From positions 1 to 22,505 of IMG/VR virus record IMGVR_UViG_3300045988_042664: a stretch of DNA of 22,505 bases, one strand, 5' to 3'. The number at the start of each line of letters is the position of its first letter. The stretch's first letter is position 1. Source of the stretch: a virus. The position numbers and the translations under genes were made by a program. Below the pieces are notes generated by a model that worked only from the letters and a program-made list of their open reading frames with translations, searched no databases and was not told the DNA's origin. Positions 7,959 to 18,133 of the stretch are shown here, one piece after another.

Positions 7959-10900
7959 TGGCAAGTGGTGAAAACTATAAAGTTAATGTCACCTTGAGTG
8001 CTAATGATAAGAACCTATCGAAAACATTATCAAGTGTGACAAAACAAAGTGATTCATTCCTTAGTAAGCTTAAAAATAGTGCGGTATTCGGTGCATTTGC
8101 TAGTGTAGGTGCTAGTGCGATGCATACAGTCACAAGTGCGATAAGTGGAACTATATCAGAGCTTTCATCTTCAAATGTTGCATGGAAAACGTTTGAAGGT
8201 AATATGCAGATGTTAAGCCAGTCAAGTGGTGAAATCAACAAAACAAAGAAAGCGTTACAACAATATGCCACACAGACTATTTACTCTGCATCTGATATGT
8301 CTCAGACTTATTCACAGCTTGCCGCAGTAGGCACAAAGAACTGTTTGCAATTAGTAAAAGGCTTCGGTGGATTAGCATCGGCCGCAGAAAATCCACAACA
8401 AGCGATGAAAACATTGTCGCAACAAGGTACTCAGATGGCCGCAAAGCCAATGGTAGCTTGGCAAGACTTTAAGTTGATGTTGGAACAAACTCCTGCAGGT
8501 ATTGCAGCAGTTGCTCGTGAAATGGGTATGAGCACTTCTGAACTTGTTAGTGCAGTGCAAAGTGGAACTGTTAAGACCGAAGATTTCTTTAATGCGGTGG
8601 AAAAAGCTGGTAACAGTAAAGCGTTCACTAAGATGGCTACAGAGTATAAATCTGTTGGTCAAGCAATGGACGGATTGCAAGAAACTTTAGCTAACAAATT
8701 AATGCCTGCGTATGACAAGCTTAGTCAAATTGGAATCAAAGCGTTAAGCTCAATCATTGATGGATTAGATGGATTTGATGCGAATATATTAACGAATGGA
8801 ATCGATAAAGTTATCGATACATTCAAAAGATTTGGTAAAGCATTTGAAAACACAGGCGCAATTAAAGCATTTAAACAAGCACTAAGTGATGTCGGTGGTG
8901 CAATTAAGAATGTAATGAGCCAATTCAAAGATACAGGATTGATTGAAAAGTTTGGCCAAGCATTTGGTCAAGTGGTCAAATTTGTATCACAAGCTATAAG
9001 TGCAGTAAGTAAATTTATTGGTAAATTAAATGGTGCTCAATTGAGTGGTATCGTTGGTTCAGTGTTAGGAGTTGTAGGTGGATTTAAGGCTTTTAATTTT
9101 TTGAAGAGTTTTAATCCATTTAATATTTTCAAGAAAAATGCAGAAAGTGGTGTGGAAGGCGCTACAAAAGCACTTGGTAGTTCACGTAGTAAAGTTGCTA
9201 CCATCATAAAATCAATCGGTCAATCAATCAGCACTGCATTAAAAGGATTAGGGCAAATGTTAAAAGTTGCTAATCCCGTAAATATTCTGGCCTTAGGTGG
9301 AGCATTGTTCATGGTAGCGGCAGGAATCGCTTTGATTGGACAAACTGGTAATGGTTTAAGTTCAATTGCAGAATCACTTGGAAAAGCATTTAGTGAAGTT
9401 ATTGCAACTACAATTGATGCAGTAACTCAAGCATTGATTGCATTAGCTCCGGTATTACCTACAATTTGTGATGCGTTCGCACAATTGAGTCCATTAGTTG
9501 AAGCATTCGGTGATGCATTCGGCACAGTGATTGAATCGGTAGGCAATGCAATATCTAATATTGTAAATGCGATTGGTCCGGTAATTGAAAGTGTTGTACA
9601 AATCATAGCCAATGCGATTGTACAAATCGTACAAGCTATTGCTCCGTTTGCACCTGCAATTGCAGATATGGTACAAGCTATATCTGATGCAATTCAATCA
9701 ATTTGTGATGCATTTATTACTTTAGTTCAGAATATTCAACCAATCGTTGAATCGGTCAAAGATTTAGTTCAACAATTAGGTGATTCAATATCACAAGTAT
9801 TTGAGTCTGCATCTGATGCGATCACATCATTCGGTGATGCAGTAAGTGGTATTTTAGATTCGTTAGCAGGTGTGATTGATTCAATTGGACAGTCCGCATT
9901 GAATGCAGGCAAAGGATTCAAGGAATTAGCAAAAGGAATCCAAATCATTACAGGTTTGAATTTGCTCGATATGGCCGCATCATTAGGAGCAGTCGCAACA
10001 GGTGTAGGTGCGATAGCTACTGCATCAAGTGGTATTGGTGATGCAGGTACTCAAATCATGAGTCTAGCAATCGGATTAGGATTGATGGTCGGATACACAG
10101 AAAGCCTAAGCGCATTAGCTGGTGTAATGCCTGGTGTAATTGCATCATTTAGTGGTATCGAATCAATTGCAGGTCCATTAGCTAGTGCAAGTGGTGCTAT
10201 GATTCAATTTGCATCAAGTTTAATCATAATCACAAGTGCTACATCTGTAGCTAGTTCATCATTGACCGCATTAAGTAATGCTTTAATGCAAGTTGCAAAT
10301 CAAGGTGGGCAAGCAGGTACTCAATTAGGTACTAAATTTAAGACTGGATTACAGAGCGGATTAACTCAATCGGTGAGTGTTGCTCGCTCAATGTCGAAAA
10401 GTATTACAAGTGCTTTAAAATCAGCTTCAAGTGGTGCGTATTCGGTCGGTCAAATGATTGGTAATGGATTGGCTAATGGTATGGCTAGCACATTAGGAAG
10501 AGTAAGCGCAATTGCTACACGATTGGCACAAGAAGCAGAAAAGGCTACTCGTGCAGCTGCTAAAGTTCATTCTCCATCAAGAGTGTTCATGCTAATCGGT
10601 AATTACATCGGTAAGGGGTTCGCAATTGGTATTGAGCAAACTGAACGAATGGTTAGAAAAGCTACTGAATCAATTGTAAGCATTCCTAACGCTCAAGCAT
10701 TGGATGGCTATGGATTTAGAATGGACGGAGTAAGTAATGTTAATTCAACGACTTATGATTTTAATTCAAATCAGAATTTCACATTTAATTCAACGTTGAC
10801 TTTAGATGGTCGAACATTAGCTAAGGCTTCAAATAGATACACTGAAGAAGAGTTGAACAAGAGTGCTAAATTCAAAGAAAGATTGGCAGGTGTTGTGTAA
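7958..10900 (+). CDS. tail tape measure protein
   Basis: 980 aa, rich in Ala/Gly/Ser/Ile with long helical periodic repeats and predicted hydrophobic segments. It occupies the canonical position after the chaperone pair. Confidence 0.9.
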   Translation: MASGENYKVNVTLSANDKNLSKTLSSVTKQSDSFLSKLKNSAVFGAFASVGASAMHTVTSAISGTISELSSSNVAWKTFEGNMQMLSQSSGEINKTKKALQQYATQTIYSASDMSQTYSQLAAVGTKNCLQLVKGFGGLASAAENPQQAMKTLSQQGTQMAAKPMVAWQDFKLMLEQTPAGIAAVAREMGMSTSELVSAVQSGTVKTEDFFNAVEKAGNSKAFTKMATEYKSVGQAMDGLQETLANKLMPAYDKLSQIGIKALSSIIDGLDGFDANILTNGIDKVIDTFKRFGKAFENTGAIKAFKQALSDVGGAIKNVMSQFKDTGLIEKFGQAFGQVVKFVSQAISAVSKFIGKLNGAQLSGIVGSVLGVVGGFKAFNFLKSFNPFNIFKKNAESGVEGATKALGSSRSKVATIIKSIGQSISTALKGLGQMLKVANPVNILALGGALFMVAAGIALIGQTGNGLSSIAESLGKAFSEVIATTIDAVTQALIALAPVLPTICDAFAQLSPLVEAFGDAFGTVIESVGNAISNIVNAIGPVIESVVQIIANAIVQIVQAIAPFAPAIADMVQAISDAIQSICDAFITLVQNIQPIVESVKDLVQQLGDSISQVFESASDAITSFGDAVSGILDSLAGVIDSIGQSALNAGKGFKELAKGIQIITGLNLLDMAASLGAVATGVGAIATASSGIGDAGTQIMSLAIGLGLMVGYTESLSALAGVMPGVIASFSGIESIAGPLASASGAMIQFASSLIIITSATSVASSSLTALSNALMQVANQGGQAGTQLGTKFKTGLQSGLTQSVSVARSMSKSITSALKSASSGAYSVGQMIGNGLANGMASTLGRVSAIATRLAQEAEKATRAAAKVHSPSRVFMLIGNYIGKGFAIGIEQTERMVRKATESIVSIPNAQALDGYGFRMDGVSNVNSTTYDFNSNQNFTFNSTLTLDGRTLAKASNRYTEEELNKSAKFKERLAGVV

Positions 10901-10903
10901 ATC

Positions 10904-12436
10904 ATGCTATATGGATTTAGAGATACGACAGACACAAGTGGCGCACTAGGTAGTAATTTACCTAGTGAAGCCATGAATTTTAATGGAAAGTTTTTAGAAA
11001 ATGAAATACCAGGATATAGAACATTGACTGTAAGTGGTAGAGAATTGATTGGCTCTGAATTTAAAGTTAAGGACATTGAAGGGCTTGATGGTACGATTTG
11101 GAAAGAAAAATACTTGAAGCCACGCACGATCACAGTGAAATATCAGATAAATGCATCTAGCAATAAAGAATTTAGAGACGCGTATAACAAGATGAATTTA
11201 TTGCTAAGTGGTGAACAAGTTAAGATTTATTTTAATGATGAAACTGATAAATATTTCATTGGCACTAAAACTTCAAATGATGAAGTGGATGGTGGCACAA
11301 ATTATGTAATTGGTGAAATCGAAATCTATTGCTCAGACCCACGCAAGTATTCGACAACAGAAAAAGAATTTACTGCTACTGATGGAGTTTTGAACATTGT
11401 AAATGAAGGTACAGTGCCTGTAAGCATCGATTATGAAATTCAAGCAACATCTGAAACTGGATATATTGGTATCGTATCAACTGAAGGAGTAATGCAATAT
11501 GGCAAAATTGAAGAATTAGATTCTGAATCATATCAACAGAGTGAACATTTAGTTAGCATCAACAACTTTTACAATTGTGCAGATGACATTGGTGGAACGG
11601 ATGTAATGCATCCTCAGTACGGTTCGAACGGTACATTAGCCGAACACACTTGGTTTAATCAAAAGTTTATTGGATTTGGCACTGTTGGAGCAAAAAAAGG
11701 GTCTGCGAGTGGTGGATTAAGAACCTTGGTAATACCTGCAGATTCAAATGGAGATACAAGTGGTGCTCAGAACTTCTATTGTTATTTTCATTTGTTGTTT
11801 TATGCAGGACTTATGGGTCAGACTGGTGAAATGTGCATCAACTTCTTGACTGCAGATAACAAATTGATTTGTGGATGTAACTTTTATAAAACAGATACAG
11901 TCGGAAATACAGGACATTATGAGTTTTGGGCAAACGGCAAAATGCTTAGAAATTTCTCATATACAACTTCACATTTACACACACAAAATCCTTGGTATTG
12001 GAATTGGGGACATTGCGATGTTTTAAAAGAAGGTGGAAACATTAGGTTCTTCTATTGGGATGGATATTACAACTATTATATTCCGGAAATTGCAAACATG
12101 AAGTGTGCTAAAATTCAAATTGCGTTTAAACAATGGGGGGATAGAAGTGGTAATCAATTCATGTCTATGATGGGATTTGATGTTATCAACTTCACAAAGA
12201 ACAATGTTTCGAAATGGAGAGATATACCAAACAGATATCCAAGTGGTACAAAGATTACAATTGATGGTGAATCATCTCATGTTTATGTGAATGGTATGAG
12301 TAGACCTCAAGATGAGGTGCTAGGAACTAAGTATTTTAAAGCACCAGTAGGAACTACAGAGATAAAGACTACTTGCTCAAGTTGGTCAAAATCAAAGCCA
12401 ACAGTGAAAGCTAGGATTAGGGAGGCATGGTTATAA
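10904..12436 (+). CDS. distal tail protein (Dit), extended form
   Basis: 510 aa, directly after the tape measure. The N-terminal ~150 aa look like the siphovirus tail-component family. The protein is about twice the length of classical Dits. Confidence 0.65.
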   Translation: MLYGFRDTTDTSGALGSNLPSEAMNFNGKFLENEIPGYRTLTVSGRELIGSEFKVKDIEGLDGTIWKEKYLKPRTITVKYQINASSNKEFRDAYNKMNLLLSGEQVKIYFNDETDKYFIGTKTSNDEVDGGTNYVIGEIEIYCSDPRKYSTTEKEFTATDGVLNIVNEGTVPVSIDYEIQATSETGYIGIVSTEGVMQYGKIEELDSESYQQSEHLVSINNFYNCADDIGGTDVMHPQYGSNGTLAEHTWFNQKFIGFGTVGAKKGSASGGLRTLVIPADSNGDTSGAQNFYCYFHLLFYAGLMGQTGEMCINFLTADNKLICGCNFYKTDTVGNTGHYEFWANGKMLRNFSYTTSHLHTQNPWYWNWGHCDVLKEGGNIRFFYWDGYYNYYIPEIANMKCAKIQIAFKQWGDRSGNQFMSMMGFDVINFTKNNVSKWRDIPNRYPSGTKITIDGESSHVYVNGMSRPQDEVLGTKYFKAPVGTTEIKTTCSSWSKSKPTVKARIREAWL

Positions 12437-15400
12437 TGGAACAAATCAGAATAGCAGTATTGACTCCTTATGATAAGGTGTTAGCTTTTTTAGACAACAC
12501 AGTACCTAGTGCAATGCATTACTTTGATGAAACCTTGCATACATACTTGAAAGGCTCGGCATATACATTTGAATTTACAACATTGACTGCACATGATGAT
12601 GCAGCCTTTTTAGTAGAAGGAAATAAACTGAGCTTTACAAGAAAAAACAAAGGCTACTACTTAACTATCATGAACGTAGAAAAAGGTGGTAACACGACAA
12701 ACGTTACCGCCTATGGTCTTTGCCTTGAATTAACGAATGAATATGTAGATGCATATAAAGCGCCTAGAGCGATGTCATTTGCAGAATATGTTAATGCGTA
12801 TGGATTTGAACAATCGTTCGTAATTGGCAAGAATGAAGTATCAGACAAACGTATCACACATGAGTGGACTGGAAGTGATACTGTACTAGCTCGATTGTAT
12901 TCAATCGCAAATGTATTTGATGCAGAATTAGAGTTCGTAGCTCAATTGAATGACGATTATTCTTTGAAGAACTTTGTGTTGAATATTTACAGAGCTCATT
13001 CAGATTCCGTTCAAGGAATGGGAAGTGACAAGCGCAGTACGACATTAAGGTATCCAAACGATGTATATGGAATCACTAAAACAAGTGATATTACAGAGTT
13101 GTATACAGGTATCAGACCTACGGGTAATAATGGGTTACAACTTAACTCGATTAGTGGCCGTGTTGTAAAAGATTCAAATGGAAATATTTTGTATAAAGTT
13201 CAAGATAACAATATACTTGCACCTCAATCTAGAGATAGATTTCCTAGTACGTTATTAACAAATCATTCAAACGATATGTATGCAGTGCTAGTGTGGTCTT
13301 ATGAAACTGAAAACGTTGAGACATTATACGGTCAAGCGTTGGCTCAGTTGAAAAAGAATTGTGTTCCTAAAGTTACGTATGATGTAGATGCATATATTGA
13401 TGCAGATATCGGTGATACGTTTACTATCGAAGATGCAGAATATAATCCTACATTGTATTTAGAAGCACGAATAACGGAACAAGAGATTTGTTTCACAGAT
13501 TCCGAGAAGTGCAAGACTATTTTTGACAACTTTGAAGAAAAGCAATCACAGATTAGTTCAGCTCTGATCAGTGAAATGAACAAGATGATTGAATTGAAAA
13601 AAGTTTATGAAGGTTCAATCGTATCTTCAAATGGAGTTCTTTTTAAGACAGATTCAGATTCAACCAAATTAACTGCATTGGTAAAGGATGATGGTGTTGA
13701 TATTACATCTAAGTATTCAATTATTTGGTATAAAGACGATGAGCAAATATCAACAAGTCAAACAATCACAGTCAACGCTTCAGATTTCACAGAAAAGGCC
13801 GTATACCGATTTAAAGCAATGAGTGGTGAAATACTTAAAGCAAGCGCAGAAGTCACCGTAATGCGATTACAGGACGGTCAGAATGGAACAAGCGCATACG
13901 TACATATTGCCTATGCCAATAGTTCAGATGGACGTGTTGATTTCAGTTTGACAGACTCAAATCGTAAATTTATTGGTCAGTATTCTGACTCAAAGCAACA
14001 TGGCAGTGATGACCCAACCAAATACCGATGGAGTGCAATTAAAGGGGAAGATGGTCAGTCATTTGTGAGTGCCGAAGAACAATTCTATTATTCAACATCA
14101 CAAACCGAATTAATTGGTGGTGAATGGTTCGTTGGTAATGTGGTTTATCAATCAGATAAGTTCTTATGGAAACGTTGGAAATGTACGTATGCCAATCCAA
14201 ATGAAATCAAGTACACGAAAGCTATATTCGATAACACGTGGAATGAAATTGATGCAAAAATCGGTGTGATTCATACTCAAGTATCTCAAGCAAATGTGCA
14301 ATCAAAAGAAGCAGTTGAAAAAGCAACACAAGCTAAGACAGATGCAAGTAAAGCAAATGAATTGGCAAATACCGCTAACACTCAATCAAGCGAGGCTAAG
14401 CAACTAGCACAAGATGCGAATACAAGCACTGGTAAAGCACAAGAACAGATTGATGCGATTAAAGGAGATATCACTGATTCAAAGCAACAGATTCAAGATG
14501 CAGTTGATAAGGCAAATGCCAACGCTAGTGAAATTGCTACTGTAAAAGAAACGTATGCTACAAAAGTTGATTTAACTACTGAATCAAAATCTATTCATGC
14601 AGATGTTACAACTGAAATTGAAAAGAAAGTCGGTGAATTATCGACTACTGTATCAGAAACTTATGCTTCTAAGAGTGATTTAACAAGCATTGAAGGTAGT
14701 TTAAATACCAAGATTAAACAAAATGCCGATTCAATCACAACTCAAGCAAGTTCAATTGAAAAGTTGCAATCAGATACAACTAAAGCTCAGAAAGATATTA
14801 TTGATGCAACAAAGAAAGCAACGGATGCTCAAGCTCAAGCGGATAAAGCGTTAGGTAATGCTCAAAGTGCTCAAACTCTAGCAGACCAAGCAAAGAAAAA
14901 AGCAGATAGTGCTCAAACTAACTTAGACAATGCTAATAAAGAATTGGCAGATGCAAAAGCTAATCTAGAATCAGTGACTGGTAGAGTTGATGCGACTGAG
15001 AGTGAAATTACAAAAGCTCAAACTAGATTAACTAATGCAGAAACTGCAGTCAAGAAAGCACAGACAGATGCAACTAAGGCTCAAGGCAACGCAACTACGG
15101 CAATCAATAATGCAAAGGCAGCTCAAGGAGCGGCGGATGATGCAAAGCAAAAAGCAGAACAAGCTCAGAAAGACCTTGCAGAACTAACGAACAAAGTTGC
15201 TTTTAACACAACTAAAATCGAACAAAATTCCGATGCTATTAAATTACAAGCAAAGTCCATTACTGAAACTAGTAATAAGGTTGATAATCTACAAATTGGC
15301 GGTAGGAATTTGATTTTAAATTCTAAAGATTTAACGCAATGGACTTTTGAGCCAGGGATGAGTGTTACTAAGGAAGATGAATGGTTTAAAGTTTTAAATA

Positions 15401-16251
15401 CGACTCACAATAATTTTCGTTGGGGTATATATATTGATATTTCAGTAGAACCAAATACAACATACACTCTTTCTGTATATTGTAAAAATGGAACTAAACC
15501 GCCTTATGTCGGTGGCGGCCCGAGGTCAAAATCATCTATGGGTATGGGTAATTCTGATATTGTTTCAAATGCAGAAAACGGTACAAGATTTATTCAAACT
15601 TTAACCACTAGTTCATCACATGATACATGGCGTGTTTATCTACATATATTTCCTACAACAACTGGCCAATATGCTTATTTTAAATTACCAAAACTAGAAT
15701 GCGGTAACAAAGCTACAGACTGGACTCCTGCACCTGAAGATGTAGATGAAGCAATCAATACAGAACGTACAGAACGACAATCTGCAATTGAGACAAAAGC
15801 GAATGAAATTACTGCGAAAGTTAGCGAAACTTACGTATCAAATTCGGCTTTGAATCATTATAAAGAAGAAGTATCTACTCAGTTTAGCCAAACTAAGAGC
15901 GATTTTACGTGGTCAATTAATCGAAGCGTGACCGATGCTAAAAATGAAATAAATGGTCAAATCAGCAGTGTGAATGGTAGATTGGATGGTTTAAAACAAA
16001 CTGCAGATAACGTAAATAGTTATATGTCTTTTGATAACGATGCATTGACTTTAGGTAAATCAGACAGTGCATTTAAAACTAAGATTACAAACCAAGAATG
16101 GTCGATTCAAAAGAATGGTGCAAAGGTAACATATATAAACGATCAAACAATGTACATCACAGATGGACAATTCACGCAGTCTTTAAAAATTGTTTCATTT
16201 GGATTTGTGCCAAGAGCAAATGGCTCGCTAGACTTCAAGAAAGTAGGGTGA
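12436..16251 (+). CDS. tail-associated protein (Tal) with long coiled coil and C-terminal fibre-like extension
   Basis: I prefer the ATG at 12436 (GGGAGG at 12420-12425, TAATG overlap with the Dit stop) over the track start at 12427. It is the third gene after the tape measure. It has an Ala/Gln/Lys/Asp-rich coiled coil encoded at about 14280-15250. The motifs IGGRNLILNS and ECGNKATDWTPAPEDV are common in Gram-positive phage antireceptors. Confidence 0.75.
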   Translation: MEQIRIAVLTPYDKVLAFLDNTVPSAMHYFDETLHTYLKGSAYTFEFTTLTAHDDAAFLVEGNKLSFTRKNKGYYLTIMNVEKGGNTTNVTAYGLCLELTNEYVDAYKAPRAMSFAEYVNAYGFEQSFVIGKNEVSDKRITHEWTGSDTVLARLYSIANVFDAELEFVAQLNDDYSLKNFVLNIYRAHSDSVQGMGSDKRSTTLRYPNDVYGITKTSDITELYTGIRPTGNNGLQLNSISGRVVKDSNGNILYKVQDNNILAPQSRDRFPSTLLTNHSNDMYAVLVWSYETENVETLYGQALAQLKKNCVPKVTYDVDAYIDADIGDTFTIEDAEYNPTLYLEARITEQEICFTDSEKCKTIFDNFEEKQSQISSALISEMNKMIELKKVYEGSIVSSNGVLFKTDSDSTKLTALVKDDGVDITSKYSIIWYKDDEQISTSQTITVNASDFTEKAVYRFKAMSGEILKASAEVTVMRLQDGQNGTSAYVHIAYANSSDGRVDFSLTDSNRKFIGQYSDSKQHGSDDPTKYRWSAIKGEDGQSFVSAEEQFYYSTSQTELIGGEWFVGNVVYQSDKFLWKRWKCTYANPNEIKYTKAIFDNTWNEIDAKIGVIHTQVSQANVQSKEAVEKATQAKTDASKANELANTANTQSSEAKQLAQDANTSTGKAQEQIDAIKGDITDSKQQIQDAVDKANANASEIATVKETYATKVDLTTESKSIHADVTTEIEKKVGELSTTVSETYASKSDLTSIEGSLNTKIKQNADSITTQASSIEKLQSDTTKAQKDIIDATKKATDAQAQADKALGNAQSAQTLADQAKKKADSAQTNLDNANKELADAKANLESVTGRVDATESEITKAQTRLTNAETAVKKAQTDATKAQGNATTAINNAKAAQGAADDAKQKAEQAQKDLAELTNKVAFNTTKIEQNSDAIKLQAKSITETSNKVDNLQIGGRNLILNSKDLTQWTFEPGMSVTKEDEWFKVLNTTHNNFRWGIYIDISVEPNTTYTLSVYCKNGTKPPYVGGGPRSKSSMGMGNSDIVSNAENGTRFIQTLTTSSSHDTWRVYLHIFPTTTGQYAYFKLPKLECGNKATDWTPAPEDVDEAINTERTERQSAIETKANEITAKVSETYVSNSALNHYKEEVSTQFSQTKSDFTWSINRSVTDAKNEINGQISSVNGRLDGLKQTADNVNSYMSFDNDALTLGKSDSAFKTKITNQEWSIQKNGAKVTYINDQTMYITDGQFTQSLKIVSFGFVPRANGSLDFKKVG

Positions 16252-16255
16252 TTAA

Positions 16256-18133
16256 ATGGCAGAATTTAGTGGTGGAATACAAATTGGTAGTGGTCAGTGG
16301 GATAAATACTCGTTAATATTACGAATCAATGAAATATCTTATTCTGTTGAAAACAACACATCATATGTAGAGTGGTGGGTTGGTATTCGATCTAATACGC
16401 AGTACCATACACACAATGGAATTCCAGAAACATTTAAAGTATCCGTGAATGGTACTCAAGTGTTAGATCAAAGCTTTACACCTAATGTTCCAGCTGGAAC
16501 TCTTGTCGCTGTAAAAAATGGAACTGTAACTATTTCGCATGATGCAGATGGTTCAAAAACAATTTCGGCAAGTGCATCTTTCAGTGGAAGTAACCCTGGA
16601 TATTATGCACCTATTACTGGTTCTTGCAGTGGTACAGTTAAATTGACAACTATTCCAAGAGCATCAAGCATATCTATTGATAGCCCTAGTATTGAATGTG
16701 GTAACACTATTAATATTAACGGTTCGAGTGCTTCAAAGAACTTTACGCATAAAATCTATGCAACATGGAATGGTAAAACAAGTGAATTAACAACGATAAG
16801 TGGGACATTAACACCCACTTTTTCTTATACGATTCCTACCGCATGGGAAAAGGATTTGCCTAACTCGACAAGTGGTATCGCAACATTTACCTTAGAAACA
16901 TTCAGTGGTTCAACGTCAGTTGGCTCTAAATCGGTAAATGCAACTATCAAAGTCAGAAGCGGTGTAGTTCCTTCGATTGATAGCATCAAAATAGCAGATG
17001 CAAATTCTGTATGTGCAGGAATTGGGCAGATAGTTCAGTCGCAATCTAGGTTGAATTTTACAATTACATATAGTGGTGCACAAGGCTCAACTGTTACATC
17101 TGTATCAACCGAATTTGAGGGGCAAACGTATAACAATAGCTCATTTACTACTGGTACTGTACAAGGTAGTGGTAGCATTACCTATACAACAACGATCTAT
17201 GATTCACGTGGTAGAAGTTCACAAATTAGTGGCAAAGTAACTGTATCTGCATATAGTTCACCTAGCTTAACGAATGTGACTGCAAGACGTGCTAACTCAA
17301 GTTATACAGTTGATGAAGCAAGTGGAACGTATGCGTTATTGCACTTCAAAGTAGGATTTACTAGTTTAACTGGTAAGAATGTGACGTCATTCTATATCCA
17401 ATATCGAGCTAGTGGAGCTAGTTCATGGACGAAAATAAATTCATGGGATAACAACTATACTCTTGAGCAAGACTACAAAGCAGGTAATTTATTTACATCC
17501 GCAACAAATTCTTATGAAGTGGCATTCGGTGTTAAGGATAAGTTCATGAATGACTACTCATGGCAAATCTTTACTGTAACACCTACTTACTCGTTAATTA
17601 ACTTTGGTAAAGATGGAAGATCATTAACGTTCTTCGGTCAAGACGGAAACCAAAAAGATACACTAACCGTATTAGGCGATATTGTAGCTCCAATGTTTTT
17701 AAATAAAATATTCCCAGTTGGCGCAGTCTATATCACATACGACAAAAAGAACCCAGGAACATTCTTGGGTGGAACTTGGGAACAGTTCGGTCAAGGTCGT
17801 ACACTAGTCGGAGAAGGTACTGGAAACGATGGTAGTACAAGTATGTCATTTACTGCCAATCAAGTGGGTAGCGAATATAAGCATTTACTATCTTTGAATG
17901 AAATGCCGTCACACGCTCATAAACCACATGAATGGGATATCATCACTGCTCAAGGCGGTAATACTGGTTTATATAATATGACTTATTTAGGTGATAACAA
18001 TCGAACAGGAGTATTTAATCCTTTTATTCAAGATTATGATAAGAATCGATATGGATCATACGTTGGTAATGACATTCCACACAATAATATCCAACCATAT
18101 TTAGTTGTTTTCTTTTGGCGAAGGGTAAAATAG
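16256..18133 (+). CDS. distal tail fibre / receptor-binding protein with tail-collar-like C-terminal domain (active orientation)
   Basis: 625 aa. The N-terminus resembles the siphovirus DUF859 family (MAEFSGG...VEWWVGIRS...TVTISHDADGSKTI). The C-terminus carries collar/MdpB-like motifs: FPVGAVYI...GGTWEQ, EMPSHAH and PHNNIQPY. Confidence 0.75.
   Translation: MAEFSGGIQIGSGQWDKYSLILRINEISYSVENNTSYVEWWVGIRSNTQYHTHNGIPETFKVSVNGTQVLDQSFTPNVPAGTLVAVKNGTVTISHDADGSKTISASASFSGSNPGYYAPITGSCSGTVKLTTIPRASSISIDSPSIECGNTININGSSASKNFTHKIYATWNGKTSELTTISGTLTPTFSYTIPTAWEKDLPNSTSGIATFTLETFSGSTSVGSKSVNATIKVRSGVVPSIDSIKIADANSVCAGIGQIVQSQSRLNFTITYSGAQGSTVTSVSTEFEGQTYNNSSFTTGTVQGSGSITYTTTIYDSRGRSSQISGKVTVSAYSSPSLTNVTARRANSSYTVDEASGTYALLHFKVGFTSLTGKNVTSFYIQYRASGASSWTKINSWDNNYTLEQDYKAGNLFTSATNSYEVAFGVKDKFMNDYSWQIFTVTPTYSLINFGKDGRSLTFFGQDGNQKDTLTVLGDIVAPMFLNKIFPVGAVYITYDKKNPGTFLGGTWEQFGQGRTLVGEGTGNDGSTSMSFTANQVGSEYKHLLSLNEMPSHAHKPHEWDIITAQGGNTGLYNMTYLGDNNRTGVFNPFIQDYDKNRYGSYVGNDIPHNNIQPYLVVFFWRRVK
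17834..17854. repeat. left recombination core site (inside the fibre gene)
   Basis: AGTACAA-GTATGTC-ATTTACT. The spacer and inner arm are identical to the right site, and the outer arm matches 5 of 7. It lies within the 16-bp perfect inverted repeat at 17841-17856. Confidence 0.65.

Noticed and set aside
7975-9697. Six minus-strand track ORFs inside the tape measure gene (7975-8271, 8372-8680, 8431-8628, 8725-8928, 9427-9612, 9494-9697).
   Set aside because: They are antisense to a long, well-supported structural gene. They have no SD-like sites and their composition is what the complement of an Ala/Gly/Ser-rich gene would give. They are most likely chance open frames.
10771-11133. A 120-aa minus-strand ORF spanning the tape measure/Dit junction.
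   Set aside because: It is antisense to two tightly spaced structural genes and has no SD. It is probably a chance ORF in AT-rich sequence.
12772-12782. A partial match (ATGTCATTTGC) in the Tal gene to the recombination repeat.
   Set aside because: Only 9 contiguous bases match and the ACT of the inner arm is missing. A match of this length is plausible by chance in a 22.5-kb window.
16098-16316. A 72-aa + strand ORF overlapping the Tal 3' end and the fibre start.
   Set aside because: It is out of frame inside Tal, has no SD, and bridges two well-supported genes.
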